DNA from: Podarcis vaucheri
Taxonomy: Eukaryota
Length of the DNA: 64,000 nucleotides
Assembly (NCBI GenBank): GCA_965113315.1
Contig: OZ220368.1
Direction: 5' to 3' (one strand)
The notes under the pieces are model-generated. The model had not been told where the DNA came from. It searched no databases and was given only the letters and a program-made list of their open reading frames with translations. Position numbers and translations under genes: made by a program. Below are positions 1 to 11,900 of the stretch, piece by piece. How positions within the stretch are numbered: the first letter of the stretch is position 1; each line of letters starts with the position of its first letter.

Positions 1-86
1 AAGAATTTCAGCCTTACCTGCCCCGTTTTGTCACAGCAATCTGGAATTTATTAGTCACAACAGGGCAAGAAGTTAAATATGATTTG
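1..86 (+). CDS. CSE1L: CSE1L exon (5'-truncated by window): EFQPYLPRFVTAIWNLLVTTGQEVKYDL
   Basis: Translation match; donor GTAAGT at 87. Confidence 0.95.
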
Positions 87-3000
87 GTAAGTGACTCTCT
101 TCCATCCAGCTTGAAATAAATGAACCTTTTTTTAGGTGGTCTTCAGATTATGCTCATTTTGTGTTTTCCCCCCCTCAGTTGGTAAGTAATGCAATCCAGT
201 TTCTAGCTTCGGTTTGTGAGAGGCCCCATTATAAGCACCTGTTTGAAGACCAGAATACACTGACAAGTATTTGTGAAAAAGTCATTGTTCCCAACATGGA
301 ATTTAGAGGTAAATATTTCCTTTCTTTAAAATCTTGATTAAAATTTTCCAGGAAAGCAAAAATTGAGGTTTAACACTGAGGGCTTTAGAACTGGCACAGT
401 AGCCAAGTAATGGACTGTATTTGTGGCCATTTGCATTCAAGAGGTTTGCAGCATGGTTTTGAGAGGCATTTTCTGTTCTGCACTCTCAGAACTGCACTTC
501 CCTTTTATATATATGTAATATGTATGCCCGTCAGAGTTGGGGAACTTCTGTCACTCCAGCTGTTGTTGGACTGCAACTCCCACTATTTCTGACCATTGGT
601 CACGCTGGGCGGGGCTGATGGGAGTTGGGATTCCAGCAGTATCCAGAGGGGTACAGGTATCCCATCCCATCATGAGTGACTGAAGTAACTCATCAGTTTG
701 GAAGAGTTGAGTTCCTCATCCACCAGTGCTTCTAGCTCAGTTTAACCTGAGTGTAGTACACTGCTTTTACATTAATTGGATTTTCCCCTGTCTCTGTCAT
801 GAAGTGGGTTCATACATAATGCCAAAGAAAGTTTTTGTACTCCAGAAATGAATCTTTCAGTATCTCAAACTGATTTCCAGTCTTAGTTTGCTGGGCCAAG
901 TACAAACTATAATTTTGGCAGTTCAGATGAAATGGTAAATCGTAGTTCGCCTCAAATGATGAAAGAAGTCAGGGAATCATCATGTCTAAGGAGAGGCTGC
1001 TTCAAATCTTGTTGTTAAAGATTTGGCTTTATGTCTGAAGCAGCCTAACGGTTAAAATCCCCAGCTACTCCAAGCTATCCTTAATATTTTGTCATACAAA
1101 GATATACATTAGTTGTGATCAGGATCTAAAGAGCATCTCATACTAATGGTATCTTTTACTTTTTGCCTTTGAAGAGCAATGCTATACCATAAGCTGCTGC
1201 TTCTGGAAATCTCTCTGTTTCGAAACTAATTTGCTGTGCAGTATGGTGCAGGGTTGCTATTTAAAGGAGGAGTAAACACCATGCATGGCTTTATGAAAAT
1301 AGTTCCACAATGTAATTTGGACCCTGGCCTGAGTATTCTAGATAAGAACTTTATTTACTACTCTCATTTAAAATACTGATGGTACACGAACTCCCATTGC
1401 CTTGATCATGGTAACTTCATAAAATAAAGCCCAATAATAGGTGATTTAAATTTATTTACAAGCATATGTTATATTAAAATAAATGTAGTTTGTATATCAT
1501 GGCTGATCCTTTAAATGTTTGTGGACTGCTTTTCTGCAGCTGCTGATGAAGAAGCCTTTGAAGATAATTCTGAAGAATATATCAGAAGAGATTTGGAAGG
1601 ATCTGGTAAGCAGTTCTATACTGGGTGTATAATGGCGTTTGAGAACTGATGCAGTTTTCTGATGTGTTGACATGTGCATAAGTACATGCATTAATTGTCT
1701 TCCCTTGAATAGGTATGCAGTCGTAATAGGGTTAAAATACTTCTGCCCTTTGGGATTCAAATATGTAATGGTGTGGGTTTTTTGCGCTTGTCCTGTGATT
1801 CCATGGATGAGCACATTTGTTGGCTATTGGGGGTGGGGGTTCATCTGACAAGCCTTAAGGCAATTTTGCTTGCTTTAAGGGGTATTTGTTTTTGTCTTGC
1901 TTTTTAGTAGTTGCTGGTGTATTACTGCAACACTAGAAGGCCTAGCACTACATCAGATGAAATTGTTGTTGCACTTTATTTATCCAGTGCCTACAGCCTT
2001 CTCCTACTGAAAGCTCAGCCTCCACTCTTGAGTTACTCCAAACAGTTCTCTATGAAGTTCTTCTTTACCCCAGCCAGAATTTTCTTCTTGTAGCTTTTCA
2101 CACCCTCTCTTCTAATATATAGTCTGTTTCTATGGAGTACCAAAGAAGCAGATGCATTTGGGTTGAGTGCTTCACATACTTTTTACTCAGCAGTCTCAGT
2201 TACATATGTGCACACTTGGAATTTAAAACCCATTGAACTCTGGGACTGAGAGTTTCTTCTGAGCCTTTGAGGGGCACATGTTGCAGGGAGCAGTCATTTT
2301 TAGTGAACCATTTGTTCCCCTTGTGATCTTAAATTGCTGACTGTGTCAGGATTAGTTTTATAGGATCCTAAACTATCCTTTAAATAGTCCCAAAATTCTT
2401 CTGAATGTTATTTTACTTGTGTTTTGATGCTATGGCCCTGCAGTTTTTGCTTTCATTTATATTCATGAGAATCAATATTTTGGCAGATTTTGTAATTCTG
2501 CATTCCTTAATACCACTAGCATGCTTTTTATGAATAATAATAGAGAAGCCTATTTTAGCAAATTGCTCTGTCCCTGAAGCACAGCAGGGCGAATCCAATT
2601 TAGCCGTTTTGCAAGCAGAGCTTCAAAATGAAGAAACATTGTTTTAATATAACACATAATGCATCTTGTTTTTATCTCTGCCTTGCAGATATTGATACCA
2701 GACGCAGAGCAGCCTGTGATCTTGTAAGAGGGTTGTGCAAGTTTTTTGAAGGACCTGTTACTGGGATCTTTTCTGGTTACGTTAACTCTATGCTGCAAGA
2801 GTATGCAAAGAATCCATCTGTCAACTGGAAGCATAAAGATGCTGCTATTTACCTTGTAACATCTTTGGCATCGAAAGCTCAGACACAAAAGGTACTTGTT
2901 TGCATCACAGGGTACATAAGTTGAATACCCATCCAGACCCGTTTCCTTGGGGAGAAGAACCATTATTTAATAGTAAGCACTCCGTGGAAGAACCTTCTTC

Positions 3001-6000
3001 ACAGTAATGACATGTTTATGACACACAGACTTTTAGATATATAAAATTGACTTTGGAATAGTTTATATAGAGTAGGTCAACCCATGAGCAAAATTTGGTA
3101 TTTGCCCTGGGACCAACCTCTGCAGTCACTGCTTCCAATTTTGTTGCATTCCCATGCATGCCTTCTTGGAAGTATGCTAATGTAAGTGTTCAAGGATTGG
3201 ATTGCTGTGGTTTAACAATCTCTTCTAGGCTTGGCAGAATGTTGGGGTGGGGACTTCAGCACTTGATGTAAATATAAGAGGTGGGGCATATGGAAAATAA
3301 AGTTTCAGAACAGTGGCCCAGCTTTATAATTTTTGGTGTTTTAGGGATAGCCATGTGCTGCTCTGTTATCTCGAATGGGAATTTCCATTTTACCAACAAT
3401 TGAAATTAGAAGTACTGATTACATTACTTCACAGATTTAGAGCACCTCTACAATAAAAACCTAAATTGACATAACAATCATGAGCATATGGAGAATTAGC
3501 ATTTTTCAGGACTATTATTATGTTTGCAATATAGGCTGTTTCTATCAAAGTTGTGTTTTTTACATTTTAGAAGACATGGCATAAAATGTATTGTGGTTAA
3601 CCTACCTTTCACTTGCACCTTTCATAACTATATTAGATATCTGAAATAGGCTAACCTAGTATCCTATAAGTAGAATATAAGAGTACTCATTCCTTCTCCC
3701 ATTCACAATCCAATGCTTGAAGCCAAAGTATATACAATGAATACTTACAGAAATTGCCAGATATCATTCACATGCAAACTTCATTAGTGTGTAAATGGGA
3801 GCTTCTATAAACCAGTCCAGCAATTAATATTGTTTATGATTCTTTTATCACACTTTTTTCATCCTAGCATGGAATAACACAAGCCAATGAACTTGTAAAC
3901 TTGACGGAATTCTTTGTGAATCACATTCTACCAGACCTGAAGTCTCCTAATGGTATGCTTAGAATTCTATATTAAACATCTGTAACACCAATAAATGTAA
4001 ACGAACATGGGAATAATTTTGGATCTGTGTTGTTGTGTCATGCAGGGAAGACATGGGCATAGATAACTAAAACAGTCATAAGATCTCTTTAATTTCTTAT
4101 CATGTTTTAGTGCAGGGGTCTGCAACCTTTAAGACAAAAAGAGCCACTTGGACCCGTTTCCGAAAAACAAACAAACCTGGGAGCCGCAAAACCATTGCGA
4201 CATTTAAAGCATGTGCGCTGCTGCCCTCCGATCTGACAGCGGGCAGGAAGGTGACGTTGGGACGGTGCGTGACTAACACACACACCGCCCCCATGCAACA
4301 TCACAGCCAGTACAGCGCCCGCCACAGTGGGGAGTGTCGGGGCGCACAATGCGCCTCCTCCCCTCGCTAGTATCCGCCCTGGAGCCGCGGCAAAGGTGTA
4401 AAAGAGCCGCATGCGGCTCCGGAGCCGCAGGTTGCAGACCCCTGTTTTAGTGGATTGCCTTGTATATTGTATTTTTGTAGATGCACACCTGGTATCGGTG
4501 GGCAAACTATCCCAAGATCCTGGAAAACCTCTGCCACTCAGAGTGGCCTGGGGTGCAGAGCCCTTATCAGCTGAAGATTATCAGAGCAACCTTCCAGGGG
4601 CCGCATGAAAGTGGTGGGCAGGGCCAAAGACAAAAGTGGGCAGAGCAATGAATGCAGATTTTGCCTTTATACAATAAACTAGTTTGTATGCATGTCTCAC
4701 ACGCCTCTCTGTCCTCTGTGTAGGAGCCATTATCGGAGTTCATGGGCACATTCCAACCAGGGGGAGAGGGAAAAGTTGGGGAGGAAGTGTGGCTTGTGTA
4801 CAGTGCCAGGACCTTATGTTCCCCACTGTTTGAGTTGACAATATTTGTCAAGGTGGACCAGTGTTCTGACATAGTAGAAGACGGCTTCCTGTGTTCTTAA
4901 TGTGGGTCCAGAAATTGAGGATGGCTGGAGTTATTTTTTTGAAGTTGGGTGGGGTAATGGGTATGGGGACAGAACAAAGGAGAGCCAAGTGAAGAGCATT
5001 TGTGTGTGTGTGTGTCATTCTGCAATCTTGTCTCTCCTTAAGCTTGAGACTATCAGTGGGAATCTTTATTCTGTTGATAAATTGTGGGAATATGCTGTGA
5101 AATTTGAGGGACTTTGAACTTCTATTATATATCTAATTTTGTCTATATGGTAACTGCATAAGTAACTAGTATTAACTTTTTGGCAGTGAATGAGTTTCCC
5201 GTGCTTAAGGCTGATGGTATCAAGTACATCATGATTTTCAGGAACCAAGTAAGTTCAGAGTTCTTAACATCCAGCTGAAATTGTTTGATAGACTATTTTT
5301 TGTGTGGGAAAAATACTGCAAATGGTGTACCTAGAACTGTACTAATTGTTCCACAGTGTGGTATCAGTACTTCTGGAAAATAACATAAATTATTTTAGGG
5401 TACCCCACCCCCCATTTTAAAACCTCCAATTCTGAAAAAGTCACAGTATACAGATGACAAAACCCTTTCCCTGGAATCCAGTGAACAGCTCATAATTGAT
5501 TTGGGGAAGATTCTCTAATTTCATACTTTGTTTCTTAGAACAGGTACAGAAAGTGCTCCTGTTTTCGTGTGTGTGATATCTTTTAAAATCTTCAGCTATG
5601 CAATCTTCTAATATGCAAAACATTCCAAAGGTCCATGGGACAGCATCCTGGGGACCATAGGATTTCATGAGCCTCAGTTTCTGTGGCCTCCTGGAAACCT
5701 CTTTGTTGCGGCTGCAGCAGCCTCCAAGGCTGTCCCTCTACTATCAGTGATTTGGCAGTAAGGAGGTAAAAAGGGACATGTTAGGGGCACATGAAAGAGA
5801 GGCTTGGGGTCCATAGGCTCCAAAGATCTCTTGCTTCCCCAGCAAGGGAGGGGGAAATTGCTGGCTCTAGAGCTGCTGTGCTTGTTTTTCCTCCCCCACA
5901 CCCAACACACACGGTGTCTGCAGTTGCTGCTGGCAGTTCTTCCCCCACAGATTCCCCCACCCACATTGAATTGCTGTGGCTAGGAACTCTTACTTGACCC

Positions 6001-8943
6001 ATGACCTTGGTTTAATAGAATATGCACAGTAATTTTTTTTAAAAAGCTTAATACAGGTATGACTGCACAATGTATATATACCTCATGCAGGAAAGTTACA
6101 GTGGTCTGCTTATATAACAATTGCAATGACCAAAACATTGTAATAACAGATGGATTTTTTCAGTCCACTGTTTCCAACCTAATTCTTCCAAAACTGCTTG
6201 GTACTTGCTTCTAAAGCATTTTTACCTATGTGTCTATTTTGTAGGTACCCAAAGAACAACTATTGGTGTCTATTCCTCTCCTAATCAATCATCTTCAAGC
6301 AGAAAGCATTGTAGTTCATACTTATGCAGCCCATGCTCTTGAAAGGTTATTTACAATGAAAGGAGCTAACAACACTACACTGTAAGTTTATGTTCAGGTA
6401 TATATGTGACACTCATCTATTCATTGATTTCTTGCCGCTTTGGCTATATCCCTCACTGTATATGGAGAATCCTAAATTGATAAAAACACACACGTGTATT
6501 TATTATGCTAGTTCTTGCATTTTCTAAAACCAGAGTTTTTAGCTGATTTCCAAGTTGACTGCGCTCCAGAGGCACTTGAAAATGAGTTGGCCTTCTCCAT
6601 CTCTCTGTCCCTTGCACTGTCATACTCTAGGATTTCATACATTCTCGCATTCCCTCTGGTGTCCATTCAGGATTGGTAAGACTCTCCAAAGTAGAGGATC
6701 TTGATGACTCATTGGAAAAACATTGGTGATAATCAAACACTCTTTTCCTCTACAGGATTACGGCTGCAGAGATGGCACCATATACAGAAATGCTGCTAAC
6801 AAACCTTTTCAAAGCACTGACACTTCCAGGGTCATCAGAAAATGAGTATATTATGAAAGGTAAGAGGCTACATTTATTAGTCCAAATAGTTACCCTCAAA
6901 TTTAAACCACTTTTTCTATCTTAGAGGTTCTCCCATTAGTATTTTTGAATGCGGTGCTACGTGCCTATATAAAACTTAATGAACAAGTTCTTATCTTGGA
7001 TGCAACCTACAAGATCTAGTATTTTTATGCAAGGGAAAAAAGGTAATGTTAAGCTTAATGTTGCTGTTGTTTCTGCATTCAGTAATATAAATCTCTGAAT
7101 TTCCAGCTATCATGAGAAGCTTTTCCCTACTTCAGGAAGCCATAATTCCCTACATCCCTTCTCTCATCACTCAACTCACACAGAAACTGCTTGCTGTCAG
7201 TAAGGTAAAAAAGAAGATACTATTGCTTTCTTCAGTTCCCCTTTTCTCGACCTGATTTAGAGGTTCACTTTTTGTCACTTGTGTTGATGTAATTCCTTGC
7301 CAATTTAAAAAATAAATCTTGCTTGAATCCTTGTTAGGGAACCAAATTATGTGTGTGGAGGGGGAGGTACTCACCATGATCCCAAGATCCACTGGGCACA
7401 CAGTGGATCTGCGCACACAGTGCTGCTCTGGGCTTGTGTTTATGGACAAGAGCTATTGAATACAACTTTATTTTAACCTTAGGTTTTCTCTTACTTATAT
7501 CACTGTATCCGCTTTTTAAAAGAATTCTATTGAATTTTTGTAGGGACACATCAGGAGATTTCACTGAATACTACAGAACAAATGTACATATAAAAGCATA
7601 GCCAAAAAAACCCCAAGTGTGTCTGCTGAATAAAATTAATAGTTAATAAACATCAAAATATTTTTTCACTGTGTTTTCATATAACTTCCATGCAAGTTAA
7701 ATGAGGATCTAGTAAGTTATAGTAAAAATTGTGATTGGAATTTGCATGGAAGCATTTAAGCTTGTCATGTGATTTTTCTTAATATATAGTTGTACGTCCA
7801 CCTAGAATTGTTGTAACTGTTAATCTATACGGTGAAAAGTAACTTGGTAGTCAGAAGCGTGTTGATATTCATCTAAGGCGACCTTCGGAATTCAAGAGGA
7901 GATTCTAGCCAGATACAAGCTAAATATGGCCATTTTCAGATTTTGACCTGATTAGAGATTGGAGGAGGCTCATGTCAGAGGTTAACTGTTTGCTTTCCTA
8001 TGGTATGACTAGAATTATCATGTTTTAGGTAATGATAGTTGCACTGAAAGCAACTTCTTGCTTTTTAGTTTAAGTAAGAATCTTATCAGTGACTTTGTGG
8101 TGTTCACGTCTTCTTTTTTTCCGTTTCCTTTTTAGAATCCAAGCAAGCCTCACTTTAATCATTACATGTTTGAATCAATTTGCTTGTCAATAAGGATAAC
8201 TTGCAAAGCAAACCCCACTGCTATTGGAAGCTTTGAAGATGCTTTGTTTATGGTGTTCACAGAGATTCTGCAGAATGACGTGCAAGGTAAAAATAAAACA
8301 TGATCTGGCTTCTTTGAAATATGGTATAAACAGTGTCTGCAGTTCAAGTAGCCATTATTTATTTATCTAACTGAAAATATACCTATTTACACCTTTTTAT
8401 ATTTGGCAGATGTACATATGACCACCCATATCTTCTTATCTTTATGTAAGCCAAAAGAAGAAAAATCTTAGTTTGTGTGGCTATATTCATTTATTTATGT
8501 TATTAGCCCACCCTTACTCCAATAACCTCAGGGTGCTATAAATGGTGGTTTCTCATTCTCTGAGGAGGTAGGTTAGACTGAGAGTTCACAACCAGCTCAA
8601 AATCACAAAATTCTCCTTTGGATTATACTGTAGGTATCAGTATTTGCACACATGAATACATCCTCCTGTCACTTATAAACTGTCTTCCCCTTTCAACAGA
8701 ATTCATTCCATATGTGTTTCAAGTGATGTCTCTGCTTCTGGAAATGCATAAAAATGACATCCCATCGTCGTATATGGCCTTATTTCCACACCTGCTTCAG
8801 CCAGTCTTGTGGGAGAGGTCAGGAAACATCCCCCCTTTGGTGAGACTCCTTCAGGCCTACTTGGAGAGAGGTGCCAGCACAATAGCAAATGCCGCAGCTG
8901 ACAAAATTGTATGTATACACTGATTGCATTGCTTGATTTCTAA

Positions 8944-8983
<40 letters not shown>

Positions 8984-11900
8984 CATAAAAAAGAGGTTGG
9001 AGACCCTCTCCTGTGTTAGTAGATATCAGAAAGAATGAATTATCTTTTACTCACCTTGGAAATCCAAGTTGTTAATTCAAGTTAGCTTGTGAAGTTACAA
9101 AACTTTATTAGACTCTAATGGCTATCACTAAGGGAAAAATCTGCGCCAGACTGCGATCCTAGAAGGCAGAATTCAAAGATGCTATGCATATGCTTCATTG
9201 TAGAAAACGACACATTTTGAATGTATTATCTGGAGCAAGTTTCTTTTCATGTTGGAATGGATTCAGATTTGCCCCTCCACAAATGGAAATGCTGCTTTCA
9301 TTCAGAGAAGGAAATGAGATCCACCTGAGGCTCCCCTACAGCCCCCTGAGCCACTTTCATTATGTTTGGGAATGGAAGTTTTACTGACTTCAGATTTTTG
9401 CAGACTGAAGAGATTACTGGCTTTGTTTCCGTTTAGAATTCTCATAAAGATGCCAGCCCCCAAAAGCAGCCCTTCCAGTCTGTTGGAGAGTGCTGGTTTG
9501 CTCATGTCCTCTTATGGGCTTCCCATAGGGGTCTGGGTAGCCAATCAGGGAACAGAATGTGGGACTAGTTAGGTCTGATCCTGCAGGACTTAAATTCTTA
9601 ATCTGCACTTGATGCTAGGCATTTGTCACTTACAGAGAATGAATGGCTATATATTTTCCCTGTTGTTTCCAAGCCATGCAAGCTAGTTACATAAGCCATA
9701 AAATTATTAGATGAGCTGGATACTTCTTTCCCATGAAAGCAATACTTTTCAGTAGTGCATTCAATCTATCCTAGCACTGCTGAATACCCAGCTATGATCT
9801 GAAATTCCTGAATAATCTTAACTCAGTTTTTTACCCCATTGCTAGGCAAGTTTAACTAGGCAGAGTTAAATCAGTTCCCAGACTCATTGACTGTTGTGCT
9901 CTGGTAGTCAGTTACATCATAATTCCATTCTGGGTAGATTTTGTAGCTGCCAGATCATTTTACTGTTAATAATTTGCTGGCATCTGTCTGTCTTGAGGGA
10001 CAACAGAGGAGTGCACCTTTGGAGGTGAGGTCAAGCTGTTGGAACGTTGCAGCGCCTGCTGTGACTGTGGAGGCCGATGCAAAACTTTGTGTTTTCCTTA
10101 ATTTACAGCCTGGACTTTTGGGTGTGTTCCAGAAACTTATTGCCTCTAAACTTAATGACCATCAAGGATTCTACCTTCTCAACAGTATTATAGAACATAT
10201 GCCCCCGTGAGTATGAACATACCAAATTCAAGTAATTTTGCTGCTATTAGCTTGCATTATTGTAGATCTCCCATTGGATGTACTCAAAATATGCCAAAAG
10301 AAAGTTAAGAAATAGTACACTCAAATGGCCTACTGGATTGATTAACCTGTTTCAACGTATTTTTGTCTTTCTAGTGAATCCATTGATCAGTACAGGAAAC
10401 AAATTTTCATCCTGTTATTCCAAAGACTTCAGAATTCCAAAACAACAAAATTTATCAAAAGTAAGCTATTTGTTTTATGGCTGATAGATTTGGGGAAGAA
10501 CTCTGCCCTGAGGGGCTTAGTATGCTTTGGATCAGAACAATCATCACTTGTCTTTTGATTTGATTTCAAAGATGGCAATACAGTGGTATCTTGTGTTGCG
10601 TAACGTTCAGGTTACGTCCGTGGCAAACCCAGAAGTAGGTTTGCCACTCGCACGTGCGCACAAGCGGTTATGAAATTTTCGGGATACAGCCGGGACTCCG
10701 GAACGGATCCCATTCATAACCGAAGGTACCACTGTAAAGGGCATATTGGTCAGAGTAACAGGATTTGGAGGCAAAGAGAGGAATATTCATTGAAGCTTGA
10801 ACTTTGTACCTACTTAGTATAAGAGCTGGGTTGGTGGGGATTTGTGATGGAGTTGGTCCCTCTGCATAACAGCTTTGCCTGGTGGGTCCTAGAGACCCTG
10901 TGAAACCAGCAAAGAAGTTTTGTCGACTGATAGCAGGAAAGATACAGATGCTTATTCACTGTGATTTTATAGAAGAGAGAGACACATATTAATACTAAAA
11001 TTCCTTCCAGTAGCACCTTTAAGACCAACTAAGTTAGTTCTTGGTATGAGCTTTCGTGTGCATGCACACTTCTTCAGATAACTGAAGAAGTGTGCATGCA
11101 CACGAAAGCTCATACCAAGAACTAACTTAGTTGGTCTTTAAAGTGCTACTGGAAGGAATTTTTTTATTTTGACTATGGCAGACCAACACAGCTACCTATC
11201 TGTAACTGAAACATATTAATACTGTTATACGTGCTCTTTTACAGCTTCTGATTCATTCTTCTTCTTTTAATAGGTTTCTTAGTCTTTATCAACTTGTATT
11301 GTGTAAGATACGGAGCAATAGCACTTCAAGAAATATTTGACAGTATACAGCCAAAGTTAGTATCTTTTTCTTTTTTTTAGTTTTCTTTCTATTTCTTACT
11401 ATTACAATTCTATCCTGCCTTTCATCTCAGTTCTCCTGCTCCTCATTTTATTCTCACAACTACCCTTTGAAGTGGGTTAGGCTGGGAGGGGGTGAATGGC
11501 CCAAGGCCACCCAGTGAGCCTCATGGCCAAATGGGGATTTGAACCCTGGTATTCCGGGGGTCTAATCCAGCTCTGCAGCCACTGTACCACACTGACTGCA
11601 CCAGGCTATACTAGGGTTAACTGATAGCTGTATTTTCAGGTATCATTCTGTTTCCCAGGAAGAAGGCAGCGGAGCTGAAAGTGAATATGAAAATATATTA
11701 TTTGTTTGTTTATTTATTAAATTCATATCCCACCGTTCCTCCCAGCAAAGCCTAGGGCAGCAAAACCAATTGATCCCCTCACAAGTGGCTAGACTTCATA
11801 ATTAATTTGGTGTCATCTTGCAATAAAGTCCTGACAGTTATGTGCTTTAATTCAAGGTGGCAAACTGTAGAGGAAGAACCAGGAGCAATCACCCTTTTGA

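Noticed and set aside
3953-5186. Possible U12-type intron (donor GTATGCTT, TTAAC close to the acceptor)
   Set aside because: Donor differs from GTATCCTT at the key +5 position and the branch lacks the CCTTAAC core; a U2 reading is adequate. intronIC scoring would settle it.
7386-7409. 9-bp hairpin GATCCACTG-N6-CAGTGGATC in a CSE1L intron
   Set aside because: Stems of this length are expected occasionally in 64 kb, and there is no supporting context.
11360-11368. U12-like GTATCTTT 4 nt downstream of the GTTAGT donor
   Set aside because: Its use would break the conserved QPK-MFG reading frame.
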